Origin: Candidatus Hydrogenedentota bacterium
GTDB lineage: Bacteria > Hydrogenedentota > Hydrogenedentia > Hydrogenedentales > SLHB01
Length of the DNA: 64,000 nt
Reading direction: 5' to 3'
NCBI GenBank assembly: GCA_045863335.1
Contig: BTVY01000009.1
Location: 16,623-80,622, forward strand
Shown here: one piece after another, positions 47,007 to 57,690 of the stretch
How positions within the stretch are numbered: the stretch's first letter is position 1
How the letters are laid out: every line of letters starts with the position of its first letter
Position numbers and translations under genes: made by a program
Notes under the pieces: model-generated
Databases searched by the model: none
Seen by the model: only the letters and a program-made list of their open reading frames with translations
What the model was told of the DNA's origin: nothing

Positions 47007-47996
47007 GTGAGTTTTCCGATCGTTCGCATGCGAAGATTGCGCCGTTCCGCCACGTTGCGGCGCATGGTGCGTGAAACTCGGTTGTCCGCGGACAACCTGA
47101 TCATGCCACTGTTCGTACGGCCCGGCTCCGGTGTCAAGAACGAGATCAAATCGATGCCGGGAAACTATCAGTTTTCGGTCGACACGCTTGTCGACGAGGC
47201 GAAGTCCATCGAACAGGCAGGCGTACCCGCGGTGATTCTCTTCGGCATTCCGGAATCGAAGGACGCCCACGGCTCGGAAGCGTATAGCGAAGACGCCGTC
47301 GTGTGCCGGGCGATCGAGAACATCAAAACGGCGTGTCCGGACCTGTGTGTCATCACCGACGTGTGCCTCTGCGAATACACCGATCACGGCCATTGCGGCA
47401 TCGTGCACCAACGGGCCGACGGGTTGCAGGATGTGGACAACGACAAGACCTTGCCGCTGCTCGCGCGGGAGGCCGTGGCCCACGCCAAGGCCGGCGCCGA
47501 TGTGGTCGCGCCGTCGGACATGATGGATGGCCGCGTCGCCGCGATTCGCGATGGTCTGGACGACGAAGGCTTCAGTCACGTTCCCATCATGGCGTACAGC
47601 GCGAAATATGCGTCCGCTTTCTATGGTCCGTTCCGCGATGCCGCGGAATCGCCGCCGCAATTTGGCGATCGCACGACCTACCAGATGGACCCGCCGAACG
47701 CACGGGAAGCGGAGCGCGAGATTGCGCTGGATATCGAGGAAGGCGCGGACATTGTAATGGTAAAGCCCGCGCTGGCGTATCTTGATATCATCAAGATGGC
47801 GGCGGAAAGCTTCGACGTCCCCGTGGCGGCGTATCACGTCTCCGGCGAGTTCTCCATGGTAAAGGCGGCAGCGGCCAAGGGATGGATCGATGAGAAGCGG
47901 GCCGCACTGGAAGTGTTGACGGCGATCCGGCGGGCCGGCGCGTCGATGATTCTCACCTATTGGGCCAAGGACGCGGCGGGATGGTTGGGGCGTTAG
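47007..47996 (+). CDS. hemB: porphobilinogen synthase (ALA dehydratase, Zn-type)
   Basis: [32 protein letters not shown] and MVKPA motifs; AGGAG RBS before GTG. Confidence 0.97.
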   Translation: MSFPIVRMRRLRRSATLRRMVRETRLSADNLIMPLFVRPGSGVKNEIKSMPGNYQFSVDTLVDEAKSIEQAGVPAVILFGIPESKDAHGSEAYSEDAVVCRAIENIKTACPDLCVITDVCLCEYTDHGHCGIVHQRADGLQDVDNDKTLPLLAREAVAHAKAGADVVAPSDMMDGRVAAIRDGLDDEGFSHVPIMAYSAKYASAFYGPFRDAAESPPQFGDRTTYQMDPPNAREAEREIALDIEEGADIVMVKPALAYLDIIKMAAESFDVPVAAYHVSGEFSMVKAAAAKGWIDEKRAALEVLTAIRRAGASMILTYWAKDAAGWLGR

Positions 47997-48038
47997 CCCG
48001 GGCAATCCCACTACGCTACGATAAGGAGGAACGGCATC

Positions 48039-48203
48039 ATGCAACGAGCAACCATTCCGGCGGAACGGCTGCCACGCAAAGCGGTGAGCGATTTCTTTGA
48101 GAGCATTCAGCCCATTCTCGAGATTCTGGACTATCTCAGCAACGAGCTCTTTCGCGTGTTCTTTTTCATCGTGGACCTGTTGACGTTGGTCGCAAGCATC
48201 TGA
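48039..48203 (+). CDS. small 54-aa protein (below the ORF-track cutoff)
   Basis: Strong RBS AAGGAGGA; MQRATIPAERLPRKAVSDFFESIQPILEILDYLSNELFRVFFFIVDLLTLVASI; stop 2 nt before the next ATG. Confidence 0.65.
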   Translation: MQRATIPAERLPRKAVSDFFESIQPILEILDYLSNELFRVFFFIVDLLTLVASI

Positions 48204-48205
48204 GT

Positions 48206-48826
48206 ATGAACACGATTTGTCGCCCCATTCTAGTGTTCCTGGTGTCCGTAGTGGCAGTCATGGCCGGCGCGTCCGAGTCGAGCTCCTGCGCGCTCAGCGA
48301 ACATGGCAAGCCCTCGCCGGACGACGCGGCCAGCGCATCGGATACGTCGACGGAATCCGCTGCGCGACGGGTAAAGCCCTTTACCCTGGAAGACCAGTTT
48401 GGCGCCAGCCATACGTATTCGTTTCCTCGAACCCGGGTGAGCGTGCTTCTGCTGGCCGATAAGGAAGGCTCGAAGCAAGTCGAAAGTTGGGTCGTGCCGC
48501 TCCATGAACGATACGGTGGCCGGGTGGATATCCGTGGTGTGGCCGAGTTGAGCGCAGTGCCCGAGCTGATGCGGGGGATTGTCCGGTTCTTCTTCAAACG
48601 GAATTCGGAACGCCCCATCATGATGGATTGGGAGGGCGCCGTGACCGAGTCCTTCGATTCGAAACCGGGACTCGCGAATGTCTATGTCGTCGACACGTTG
48701 GGCCGAATCGTATGTGAACGGTCCGGCGAGGCGACCCTGGATACGCTCGCCGACATCACCGCTACCGTGGAAAGACTCTTGGCAAACCCGGAAACGCGGC
48801 AGGCCGCTGCTTCGAAACTGGAGTAG
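48206..48826 (+). CDS. secreted thioredoxin-fold (redoxin-like, no CxxC) protein
   Basis: FTLEDQFG, IMMDWEG and YVVDTLGRIV motifs; signal peptide. Confidence 0.65.
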   Translation: MNTICRPILVFLVSVVAVMAGASESSSCALSEHGKPSPDDAASASDTSTESAARRVKPFTLEDQFGASHTYSFPRTRVSVLLLADKEGSKQVESWVVPLHERYGGRVDIRGVAELSAVPELMRGIVRFFFKRNSERPIMMDWEGAVTESFDSKPGLANVYVVDTLGRIVCERSGEATLDTLADITATVERLLANPETRQAAASKLE

Positions 48827-48845
48827 ATCGGAATCCATTTCCAGT

Positions 48846-49304
48846 ATGAATCCGTATATCCTCAAGCGCGAGCAACGCGTGCCCTATTCGCTCGATGAAG
48901 TGTTTGCATTTTTCTCGCAAGCAGCGAATCTGCAGCGCATCACACCGCCCTCGTTGAATTTTTGCATTCTCACGCCGCCGCCCCTCCGCATGCGGGAGGG
49001 CGCGCTGATCGACTACACGCTGCGCGTTTGGGGGGTGCCGATTCATTGGCGCACCCTGATCACGACGTACGATCCGCCGCACCGGTTTGTGGACGAGCAG
49101 ATCAAGGGCCCTTACGTATTCTGGCACCACACGCACACGTTCAGGGAAGACGATGACGGCACGATCATCGGCGACGAAGTGCGCTACGTGCTTCCGTTCG
49201 GCGCTTTGGGCCGGCTCATGCACGCCGTATATGTGCGGCGGGATTTGGAGCGAATCTTCGATTACCGCGAAGAGGTGATCGCTCAGGTGTTTGCGTCCCA
49301 ATAG
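48846..49304 (+). CDS. SRPBCC (START-like) family protein
   Basis: EVFAFF...NLQRITPP, FVDEQIKGPY..WHHTHTF and IFDYR motifs. Confidence 0.88.
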   Translation: MNPYILKREQRVPYSLDEVFAFFSQAANLQRITPPSLNFCILTPPPLRMREGALIDYTLRVWGVPIHWRTLITTYDPPHRFVDEQIKGPYVFWHHTHTFREDDDGTIIGDEVRYVLPFGALGRLMHAVYVRRDLERIFDYREEVIAQVFASQ

Positions 49305-49393
49305 TCTGCGATTCTTGAGTCGCCGCGGCACAATCCGTACAATAATTGGAGTGGGGCCGCCCTGAATCAGGGCACAATCAAAGGACAAACGGG

Positions 49394-49933
49394 GTGATCC
49401 TTCCGGACCGGCGAATCAAGGAATTGTTGAAGCAGGGCGATCTGTCCATCGAGCCGTTGGATGCCGTGCAGATAGGTCCGGCGTCGGTCGACCTGCGTTT
49501 GGGCACGACATTTCTAACTCCCCGCACGACGGATGGCTTGTTCTCCATGTCGGAGCCGATTGAGTACGAGCGCGTCGAAGGCTCCTCTTTCGTCATTCCC
49601 GCACATGGCTTCGTCCTCGCCACCACGCGGGAAGTCATCACGCTGCCGGATTACCTGACCGCCTTCGTCGAAGGGCGGAGCTCCATCGGACGTCTCGGTT
49701 TGTTCATTCAAAATGCCGGATGGGTGGACCCGGGTTTTGAAGGCGCGATCACGCTCGAATTGTTCAACGCCAACCACGCGCCCATGCGCATCGAAGCTGG
49801 ACGCCGCATTTGCCAGTTGGTCATCGCCCTGTCCGACGGACCCGTCGAGACGCCCTACCGCGGCAAGTACCAGGGCCAGCGGGAAACGACCGGGTCGCGG
49901 GCTTTCATGGACACCGAGGTTGGCGAAGGCTAG
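49394..49933 (+). CDS. dcd: dCTP deaminase
   Basis: ILPD, PASVDLRLG, EGRSSIGRLG, DPGFEGAITLE and GKYQGQ motifs. Confidence 0.93.
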   Translation: MILPDRRIKELLKQGDLSIEPLDAVQIGPASVDLRLGTTFLTPRTTDGLFSMSEPIEYERVEGSSFVIPAHGFVLATTREVITLPDYLTAFVEGRSSIGRLGLFIQNAGWVDPGFEGAITLELFNANHAPMRIEAGRRICQLVIALSDGPVETPYRGKYQGQRETTGSRAFMDTEVGEG

Positions 49934-50280
49934 ATTCGCTCTTCCAGGTACTCGCGCAGCGCCACGGCGTTGTTGAGGCCGGTGTCCTTCGCAGAATAGA
50001 CCAATGTAATCCGGCCGCTCGTCGCGTATTCCACCAATTCGGCTATCGCATCCGGCTGCGCGTCGAGTTCTTTTCGGTAGCGGACCTTGAATTCCTCCCA
50101 CTTCTGCGGGTCGTGACCGTACCACTTGCGAAGTTCGTTGCTGGGCGCGATTTCTTTCATCCAGGAATTGACTGCGAGGTCGTCTTTCGATACCCCGCGC
50201 GGCCAGAGCCTGTCGACGAGAATTCGCTTCCCGTCGTTCCTGGTCGGGGGATCGTATGCGCGACGAATCGATACGGACAT
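49930..50280 (-). CDS. DUF488 (YeaO-like) protein
   Basis: RILVDRLWPRGVSK, IAPSNELRKWYGH and NNAVAL motifs. Confidence 0.9.
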   Translation of the reverse strand: MSVSIRRAYDPPTRNDGKRILVDRLWPRGVSKDDLAVNSWMKEIAPSNELRKWYGHDPQKWEEFKVRYRKELDAQPDAIAELVEYATSGRITLVYSAKDTGLNNAVALREYLEERI

Positions 50281-50313
50281 GAACCAGCCTCCTCTTCGGC
50301 AGGACCGCTTACG

Positions 50314-51144
50314 TCAAGGGCGCTCGCCTCGCGCGAGGTGCTCGTTGATCGCGCGCACCGTGCCGGGTACGTCGGCGATCGTCTCGACGACATAGTGCGC
50401 GCAGGCATCGACGAGCCGTTGCCGGGCGCGGGCTTTCACTTCCGCGCGGCGTTCCGGCGAAAGAGCGGCAAGCTCGGCTTCCGATAGTCCAACCTCGTTG
50501 CCGTGTTCCACCACGCCGATGGTCCACATGCCCGCGTTGAGACCCTCGCCGATGTCCGCGACCGTGTCGCCCACTTTCACGACGGCCTCCATGGGATAGA
50601 CGCCGAGTTGCTTCGCCGCTTCGAGGGCCATCCAGGGTGCGGGCCTGCCTGCCGGAACGTTCGTGACACACACAATCGCATCGGGCGCGTAGCCGCCCTC
50701 GGCGGCCTTGGGCACGAGGATGTCCATCATTTCATGGTTGTACCCGGTGGTGCTGCCGATGCGAAGGCCCATCGTACGCAGTTCGGCCACCGCTTCGAGC
50801 GTGCCGGGAATGATGTCCGCGTGGTCGGCGATGCAGGCGACCTGCATGGGCACGAACTCGGCGAACATGGATTCCACGTCCTCTTCCGTCGGACGGCGTC
50901 CGTGTTTGGATTCCCACTGCTGCGCGATGGGCTCCATGTGCGCCATGACGCGAATGTGGTCCCGCTTGTGCATTCCCATGGGCTCGCGCGCCTGCAATTG
51001 CGTCACGGCAATGCCGCGTTTCGCAAACACGTCGATGAATACCGCGGCCGGCGCGCAGCATCCGTAGTCCACCGTGGTGCCGGCCCAGTCGAAAACCGCG
51101 GCCTTGATTTCGCCGCGGTAGGATCGTTGAAAGACAAAGCTCAT
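50314..51144 (-). CDS. phnX: phosphonoacetaldehyde hydrolase
   Basis: FDWAGTTVDYG, PMGMHKRDH, GRPAPWM and KVGDT...EGLNAGMW motifs. Confidence 0.95.
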   Translation of the reverse strand: MSFVFQRSYRGEIKAAVFDWAGTTVDYGCCAPAAVFIDVFAKRGIAVTQLQAREPMGMHKRDHIRVMAHMEPIAQQWESKHGRRPTEEDVESMFAEFVPMQVACIADHADIIPGTLEAVAELRTMGLRIGSTTGYNHEMMDILVPKAAEGGYAPDAIVCVTNVPAGRPAPWMALEAAKQLGVYPMEAVVKVGDTVADIGEGLNAGMWTIGVVEHGNEVGLSEAELAALSPERRAEVKARARQRLVDACAHYVVETIADVPGTVRAINEHLARGERP

Positions 51145-51174
51145 TGGATACTCCCGATGCCCAACCGCGTGCCG

Positions 51175-52323
51175 CTAGACTGCGCCGGCGTGCTGGGGCT
51201 GTATTTCGATTCCCATATCCCGAACCGTTTCTCGGATCGCGCGAAGCAGATCGCCCACGTCGTTCGCGAAGATGCGGCCGATGTTGCCGATGCGGAAACA
51301 GTCTGCGTTGCTGACCTTGCCCGGGTAGATTACATAGCCCATTTCATTGAGACGCGTGTAGAATTCATCGAATGTGAAATTGGGGTGGGTGGGATACCGG
51401 AACGAGGTGATGATGTACCCCTGTTTTTCCGGCGCGAGATACTCCTCGAATCCCATTGCGCGCATCCCGGCAATCAGCGTTTCGTAGTTCGCGCGATACC
51501 GGGCTGCGCGCCCGGCGACGCCGCCCTCTTCCTCCAGTTCGAGCAGCGCCTGGTGGAAAGCGAGGAGCGCGTGGGTCGGCGGCGTGAAGCGGAACTGGCC
51601 GTTCGCCTCGAGGCCGCGCCACTGAGACAAGAGGTCGAGGCTGACGCAACGCGCGTACCCTTCTGTGCCCAGCAGCGAGTCTTTGCGCGCGATGACAAAC
51701 CCGAACCCTGGCACGCCTTCGATGCATTTGTTGGCCGACGACACGAGATAATCGATGTTGCACGCGGCGAGATTGATCGGCACCGCGCCGAAACTGCTCA
51801 TGGCGTCGACGAAGTAGACCGCTCCCGCCTTGCGCGCCAGTGCGCCCACTTCGCGGATCGGATTGATGATGCCCGTCGTGGTTTCGCAGTGGACGATGGC
51901 CACAAACGAAATCGCGGGATCCGTTTGAAGCGCCGTCTCAATCGCGGCCACATCGGGAACTTCGTCCTCGGGACATTCCAGCACGACGTGCTCGATTCGG
52001 AGCGTCTTGAGAATCTGCACCATGCGTTTCCCATAGGCGCCGTTTACAATGACCAACGCCTTTCCATCCGGCGCGATGCATGACGACAGCACTGCCTCAA
52101 TCGAGAACGTCCCGCTCCCCTGCATGAGCACAGCCTCGTACGACCCGTCACGGCATTCGCCCAACGCCACCAAGCGCCTGCGAATGTCCTTCACGAGTTC
52201 GATGAATTCAAAATCGCGCGATCCCAAGTCGCGCAACATGGCCTGCTTCACCGTCCGGCTCGTCGTCAAGGGTCCGGGCGTAAAAAGGACCTTGTCTTTC
52301 CAGTTGGTTGATTTACTTTTCAC
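51175..52323 (-). CDS. phnW: 2-aminoethylphosphonate--pyruvate transaminase
   Basis: [48 protein letters not shown] and IYPGK motifs. Confidence 0.95.
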   Translation of the reverse strand: MKSKSTNWKDKVLFTPGPLTTSRTVKQAMLRDLGSRDFEFIELVKDIRRRLVALGECRDGSYEAVLMQGSGTFSIEAVLSSCIAPDGKALVIVNGAYGKRMVQILKTLRIEHVVLECPEDEVPDVAAIETALQTDPAISFVAIVHCETTTGIINPIREVGALARKAGAVYFVDAMSSFGAVPINLAACNIDYLVSSANKCIEGVPGFGFVIARKDSLLGTEGYARCVSLDLLSQWRGLEANGQFRFTPPTHALLAFHQALLELEEEGGVAGRAARYRANYETLIAGMRAMGFEEYLAPEKQGYIITSFRYPTHPNFTFDEFYTRLNEMGYVIYPGKVSNADCFRIGNIGRIFANDVGDLLRAIRETVRDMGIEIQPQHAGAV

Positions 52324-53656
52324 TTCCGCCGGCCTCCGCCACTTCCGTCTTGAGTTGGGCCAATTCATCGCGTTCACGGTGGCCCTTGTGGGTGATATGG
52401 AGTCGCCACATCATCACGATCATGAGTAGCGCAAATACGATGCTCATAAACAGGGCCAGTCGATTTGTATTGCGAATGCCTGTCATTTCGTCGCCGCTTA
52501 CCAGCCATCCGATCACCTGTTCCTGGATGACGGGTCCCACACTCGCGATTCCATTGACCAATCCAGCGACCGCGACACCATTCCGCTCGCCGGCAACGGT
52601 CACTGAAGCCGCGCCGCATAAGATTGTGTCGGGGCCGTAGATCATGAATCCCACGATACCGAAGCAGAGGGCAATCATGACGGGACTCGTTCCAAGATAG
52701 ATGACGGCAAGATAGCCCACGATCATTCCCAGGCCCATCGTGAAGCACAGCATGGCCCAATTACCTCGAAAGACCCTATCTAGGGCCCATCCGGCAATAA
52801 TCGCTCCCCCAAGACCGGTCCAATCGAAGATCGACGAGTAGAATCCGGCTCGGCCTACATCCATGCCCTGGATATTCAGGAAGGCCGGAAGCCAGGAATC
52901 GAGGGCATACCTCAAGAATTTGATGCAGAAGTAGCTGATACCCATGGTGAGCACGACGGGATTGAATGCAAGACGAAGGTAGTGTGCGGTGCTTATATGC
53001 TCTTCTTCAGACGCGCGCACAGCCCGGTCATCTTCCTCTCGCTTCTTCACGATGGGCTTGAGGCCAACGTCCTCCGGCCGATTCCGCTGCCAAATGTAAA
53101 TGATAAGCCAGACACCCACCGTCAAGAGCGTCAGTCCCCAAAACGAGTATCGCCAACCGTACCATGCCAGCAGAAGAGCTCCGAGTGACTTCACGGTCAT
53201 GTTTCCGACGAGATAGCTCGTAGACCAGAACCCCATGATCGTCCCGCGCTCTTCGCCACGCAACCACTCCGAGATTCCTCCTACGACTCCGGGCCAACCA
53301 CTTGCCTGTACAAGGCCGTTGAAGAACATGAAGACCAGAAACGTGTTGAAGGAATTCGCAAAACCGAATACGACGTTGAATACAATAGACAGTCCCAAAC
53401 CGCCAAGAAGGAGCACTCGCGGTCCCCATTTACGGCCAATGAAACTGTTGATGAATTGGCCTATCATGTAGGCGACCAGGAACGCGGTCCATATGTGTGC
53501 TGTGCTGCCCAGTTCCCACCCGAAGTCTTCGGCAATCGAGGTCTTGCAGATGGTGAATGCTTTTCGCGTTAAGTAATAGCCGCCGTAGGCGATATACGTT
53601 GCAATGAGGATGCGCCAGCGCCAGGCTCGCTGGTCGTGGGTGAACGATCCTTCCAC
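52313..53656 (-). CDS. MFS transporter, GlpT/UhpT (organophosphate:Pi antiporter) family; probable aminoethylphosphonate permease
   Basis: [27 protein letters not shown] and [12 protein letters not shown] motifs; overlaps phnW. Confidence 0.85.
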   Translation of the reverse strand: MEGSFTHDQRAWRWRILIATYIAYGGYYLTRKAFTICKTSIAEDFGWELGSTAHIWTAFLVAYMIGQFINSFIGRKWGPRVLLLGGLGLSIVFNVVFGFANSFNTFLVFMFFNGLVQASGWPGVVGGISEWLRGEERGTIMGFWSTSYLVGNMTVKSLGALLLAWYGWRYSFWGLTLLTVGVWLIIYIWQRNRPEDVGLKPIVKKREEDDRAVRASEEEHISTAHYLRLAFNPVVLTMGISYFCIKFLRYALDSWLPAFLNIQGMDVGRAGFYSSIFDWTGLGGAIIAGWALDRVFRGNWAMLCFTMGLGMIVGYLAVIYLGTSPVMIALCFGIVGFMIYGPDTILCGAASVTVAGERNGVAVAGLVNGIASVGPVIQEQVIGWLVSGDEMTGIRNTNRLALFMSIVFALLMIVMMWRLHITHKGHRERDELAQLKTEVAEAGGSEK

Positions 53657-53794
53657 GCGATTCCTCCTGTGTTGGGGGTTGAGGAGTGTGCAGCGGTGTT
53701 GAGGCGATGGCGCGGGAAGGCACGCACCCCGTGGGCTGCACGGTCAGGCTGGATTATGCCGAATCGGAGGCGCGGGAATCGAATGGGTCGCGGG

Positions 53795-53829
53795 GAAAAA
53801 AGTTGCGCGCCGGAAGAATCCGGCGCGCA
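53795..53829 (-). terminator. intrinsic terminator of the PilZ gene
   Basis: TGCGCGCCGGA-AGAA-TCCGGCGCGCA stem followed by a U-tract on the minus strand. Confidence 0.7.
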
Positions 53830-53849
53830 GACGCAGAATCTACTTTGAT

Positions 53850-54278
53850 TTACTCGGCCGCAAGCGTATGGCGAACTGCGTGAAGCGACCGAATGAACAC
53901 CGAGAAGTCCATATTCTGGGTGAATGCTTCGCCAAATCGAATGGCGGCGCGAATCGTCGCATCGTCGCGCGCTTCCACGCGAATCACTTCCGCCGTGCCC
54001 ATGAAATAGGCCGGCATGATCTCCGCCACTTTGAACCGCTTGGTCGGAATCGCAAGGGTGATGCGCTGGCCGGGCACGAGGGTGTGTTTCGTCACCAGGC
54101 TGGCCCCGGACAGGGAGATGTTGCGGACGATGCCGGGTCCGACCAGCCGGGACTGAGAACCGTCCTGATTGACCGCGATCGACATTTTGATGCGGAAGTC
54201 GAAGCGCTCTGACTCACGTCGATCTTCCAGATGATCGTAGGGGTCGTCCCATGCCGCGTTGACGTTGTACTGTGCCAT
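53850..54278 (-). CDS. single-domain PilZ (c-di-GMP receptor) protein
   Basis: RRESER (RxxxR) and NISLSG (D/NxSxxG) motifs are intact. Confidence 0.85.
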   Translation of the reverse strand: MAQYNVNAAWDDPYDHLEDRRESERFDFRIKMSIAVNQDGSQSRLVGPGIVRNISLSGASLVTKHTLVPGQRITLAIPTKRFKVAEIMPAYFMGTAEVIRVEARDDATIRAAIRFGEAFTQNMDFSVFIRSLHAVRHTLAAE

Positions 54279-54562
54279 TTTTCTCACCCTTTCTACTGAT
54301 AGCATATCAGAAGAAACAGGGATTGTCCAGCAAAAATTTCCATTAAATCGATTTTATTGAAATATATGCTCGCAGTTTCTGCTAAATACCACGAAGTCTT
54401 TCCAGAAATTGGACTATTCACCCATAATAACGCCCGGGGAGCCCCTTTCGTTACAGTTCCTTCGTATATTCAAAATTCAGCCGTTTCCAGGTCTATCTAT
54501 TTCGAGCAGGATTCTTCATTACCGCCGCTATGCGCAGTCACGGTGAGCCGCCTGGCTTGGGT

Positions 54563-56905
54563 CTACGAACGAGATGGGTCACTGATGGGGAGGATGACGA
54601 TGCTGTACGCATCCATTTCGATGGGCTCACGCGACGGTATTGCGACTTGGACCGGGCGGTCATTGTAATTCAACAGCGCCCATGATCCATTGCGTAAAAG
54701 GCTGACGTACACTTCGTCCGGCTTATCGATTTGCAGCATCTGATGGGTGCGCGGGTCCAGAGTATCGAGCGCGAGGAGTGCGTCCGCCATCGCGTTGGCC
54801 ATGCGGCTCGACGGCTCGCGGTCGTCGGGTACGAAGACCACCTTACCGCTGCCGGTATCGCTGTTTTGCCAGCGCCGGAACACTTGCTGGTCGCCTTCCA
54901 CGGTTTCGACCGGTTGCGAGCGCCACTGGGCGATGAGCAAGGTGCCGCCGTCGCGCACCCAGGCGTCGATGGCGTTGAGCGGCGCTTCCTCGATGATGGG
55001 GTTCCACAACAGCATGAGCGCCTTGTAGCGCGACAAAGCGCCGTCGAACACCATGCGTTCGCTGCAGAAATCGAAATCGAGCTTGGGCCGCAACGCCGCC
55101 ACCTGCCGGTTGAAGGTAAACGCATAGAGATTCCGGAAGAGGGCGTCATCCAGCTTGCTCATGGTATCGGGGTACAACGCTGCGACCTCTACGAAGGGAT
55201 GGTCCCGCTGGTCGAGGAGCGGCGCGTAGGTTAGCCATTTGTCCACCGCCTGATCGTTGGCGAGCAAGTTGGAGTGGTAATAGAAGAGATGTTGCCCGTT
55301 GTTGACGATGATGTTGTACAGCCGCGCCAGCACGCCCCGGGCGCTTCCGTATCCTGCCGGCTCGGAGCCGAAGGGGATTCCGTAAAACCGCGCGGCCGAG
55401 GTCATCATGCGCGTGGCGTAGAAGTTCTGGGCGTAGCTGTCGGTTTCATTCGTAGCGCGGATGCCGCCGTGGACTTTGGCCATGCTCCGTGTCTGATCCG
55501 TGAAGTCCGTCCCGGACTCGACAAATCCCCAACCGCCGGTGGACTGGTAAATGTCCGTGTCCGGCATGGCGTTGCGCGCCCACACGGCCCAGTCCTCGCA
55601 CCAGTCCGTCATGGCGTCGACATACCAGTCCACGAAGTCCTTGCGTTTCCGGGGCGTTTCGGCGAACTGGGCGACGAAGGGTTGCACGTCCTCGAAGCGC
55701 GCGTAGGACGCGTCCCACGCGACGTTGAGGGAGGCGATATCCGGGTACCGCGAGCGGAGGTAGCGCTGAAAATGTTCAGCGGCGTATTCGTCACCCGCCC
55801 ACCAGCCGATGTGGATGTGTTCGCGTTCGCCGCCGTAGCCCCAGTTGCCGCCGGCGGGATACTGGGACTCGCCATAGTTTCCGCTTGGTCCCAAACGGAC
55901 GCCCAACAGCGCTTCCGAGCCGCCGTAGTGAGCGCCGAAGGCTTTCATAAAGCGTTCCACATGGGGCCGCTGGATATCGGCGAAGATCGTCTGGATGTTG
56001 TTGCGCTCGCCATGCTCCAGGCAGACGAAACCGGCGTTCTCTTCGGAATTCTTAAACCAGGGAGGCAACGCGTACGCGGAGCCTACGATGAGCAAGGGAA
56101 ACCACTGCAGGTGGTGTCGCTGCGCCTCCTTCACGATGGCGTCGTAGAAGCTCCAATCAAACCGGTCGCGTTCCGGTTCGACAAAATTCCAGCGCACGTA
56201 GCTTTCGACCGCCGTGAAACCCAGTGCGCGCGCGACCGGACTCAATTCGCGCATGGCGTTTAGTGTCGCGTCGAGATCCATATCACCTCTGGGATTGACG
56301 CCCGCCGTGGTTACCAACTGAACCGGGCGTTGCAGTGATAGTTTCGGCTTTGCGACCGGAATTTCCGCGATAACGGCCTCCACCAGTTCCGGAGTGCTTC
56401 CCGGCACGACCGTGAGTTTGGTTAAGGCGCTCACGCCAACGACTTCGAATCGCGTTCCCGGTGGTGGAGGCTCTGGCATCGAAAACAAGGCGCGTCGAAT
56501 CTGACCGCTATCAAGGGCTGTATATCCCGCGACGGGTGTGACCGGCAGTTCCTTACCTTCAAAACTCGCCGATGCGTCGATCAGCGCAATGCCCTTGTCG
56601 AGATGCTCGACGACGACATAGACCGATTCCGGTTCCCCCGGCCAATCCCTTTCCACCTGAAAGACGATGCCATGACGAGAGAAATAGTCGGAGTGGGGAA
56701 GAGGGGCGATGGTTTCGAGGCCATCGATGGACACACGTTCGAAGGCGCGCTCGGGATTCTCGAGTATCGTAACGCCGTTGTCCGGGGATGAATCCGCATT
56801 GAACTCCAAGCCGAGCCCAATGGCCGAGTTCGCTACTGCCGTGGAAACAACGATCAGACCCAAAACAACCTGAACGAGACTGCGGCCACTGACGGAATGA
56901 TTCAA
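54563..56905 (-). CDS. secreted TIM-barrel glycoside hydrolase (GH14/GH42-like)
   Basis: YVRWNFVEPERDRFDWSFYD, LGPSGNYGESQYP and LNVAW motifs; C-terminal trimerisation-like domain; signal peptide. Confidence 0.75.
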   Translation of the reverse strand: MNHSVSGRSLVQVVLGLIVVSTAVANSAIGLGLEFNADSSPDNGVTILENPERAFERVSIDGLETIAPLPHSDYFSRHGIVFQVERDWPGEPESVYVVVEHLDKGIALIDASASFEGKELPVTPVAGYTALDSGQIRRALFSMPEPPPPGTRFEVVGVSALTKLTVVPGSTPELVEAVIAEIPVAKPKLSLQRPVQLVTTAGVNPRGDMDLDATLNAMRELSPVARALGFTAVESYVRWNFVEPERDRFDWSFYDAIVKEAQRHHLQWFPLLIVGSAYALPPWFKNSEENAGFVCLEHGERNNIQTIFADIQRPHVERFMKAFGAHYGGSEALLGVRLGPSGNYGESQYPAGGNWGYGGEREHIHIGWWAGDEYAAEHFQRYLRSRYPDIASLNVAWDASYARFEDVQPFVAQFAETPRKRKDFVDWYVDAMTDWCEDWAVWARNAMPDTDIYQSTGGWGFVESGTDFTDQTRSMAKVHGGIRATNETDSYAQNFYATRMMTSAARFYGIPFGSEPAGYGSARGVLARLYNIIVNNGQHLFYYHSNLLANDQAVDKWLTYAPLLDQRDHPFVEVAALYPDTMSKLDDALFRNLYAFTFNRQVAALRPKLDFDFCSERMVFDGALSRYKALMLLWNPIIEEAPLNAIDAWVRDGGTLLIAQWRSQPVETVEGDQQVFRRWQNSDTGSGKVVFVPDDREPSSRMANAMADALLALDTLDPRTHQMLQIDKPDEVYVSLLRNGSWALLNYNDRPVQVAIPSREPIEMDAYSIVILPISDPSRS

Positions 56906-56910
56906 TTCAA

Positions 56911-57642
56911 CTACTCCTCTGCGATTCCTTCGATGTCGCAGGTATAGGTTTGCTCACCGTCGCGGGGACATTGGACGAGCCATTTTCCCTCCGGCGATAC
57001 CACGCCCGATGGGCAGTTCACGGGGCCTTCGTTGGTCGCGGCGTTCGCTGTGCAGATGTAAACCTGACTCTCGATCGCGCGCAGCACCAGATTGGACTCG
57101 TGAAATGGCGCATGGATACTGCTCGCGCCGGAGTTCACGCTGTGGAAGATGACTTGTGCGCCTTTCTTGCCCAATTGATACGTCAGTCGCGGATCGGGGT
57201 ACGGTCCGCAACCCGGCGTTACCCAAAGGTCGTTGCAGATGAGACAGCCGAACCGGATCCCCGCGTGCTGAAAGACGCGCAGCTCCCCGCCGGGCCGGCA
57301 GAACTCGCGGTCCTTGGACGTGGCCATGATCTTCTCATGGGTACCCATGAGTTCGCCGTTAGCGCCGTAGACCCGCGTTTGGATGTAGGTGCCTTCACCG
57401 TTCTTCGAGCCGGTGCCGACCAGCGCCGTCGTGTAGGTCTGCCGGCAGGCTTCCGCAATCTGGCTCCAGGCCCGTTCAACCGCCTTTTGACTGAAGTCGC
57501 CGTGGTACCCGGTTAACGCCATTTCCGGGAACAGCACGAAATCCGCATCCGTCGGTTTCAAGTGCGAAAGAATGCGTTCGAGGTTTTCATCGAGTTTCTT
57601 GGAAACGGGCATTTGCACGCCCAGGACACGTACGGTCTTCAT
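56911..57642 (-). CDS. carbon-nitrogen hydrolase family protein
   Basis: FPEMALTGY, HEK and LICNDLW catalytic triad. Confidence 0.88.
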   Translation of the reverse strand: MKTVRVLGVQMPVSKKLDENLERILSHLKPTDADFVLFPEMALTGYHGDFSQKAVERAWSQIAEACRQTYTTALVGTGSKNGEGTYIQTRVYGANGELMGTHEKIMATSKDREFCRPGGELRVFQHAGIRFGCLICNDLWVTPGCGPYPDPRLTYQLGKKGAQVIFHSVNSGASSIHAPFHESNLVLRAIESQVYICTANAATNEGPVNCPSGVVSPEGKWLVQCPRDGEQTYTCDIEGIAEE

Positions 57643-57690
57643 AAGTGCTCCTCCCTCCCTCCGTCATGATAGTGGATTGCGACGGGGCGT

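Noticed and set aside
42428-47996. ccsA/hemX-hemA-hemC-cobA/hemD-hemB cluster as novel
   Set aside because: This is a well-known arrangement, including the CobA-HemD fusion, in many anaerobes.
46944-48044. 366-aa minus-strand ORF opposite hemB
   Set aside because: Antisense shadow of a highly conserved gene.
50503-52083. 526-aa + strand ORF over phnX/phnW
   Set aside because: Antisense shadow with no recognisable domain. The same applies to 58387-59613, 33024-33944, 38379-39374 and 55274-56263.
54305-54560. AT-rich stretch as a foreign insertion or small gene (54357-54668)
   Set aside because: Most simply the promoter region of the PilZ gene; the ORF has no RBS or motif support.
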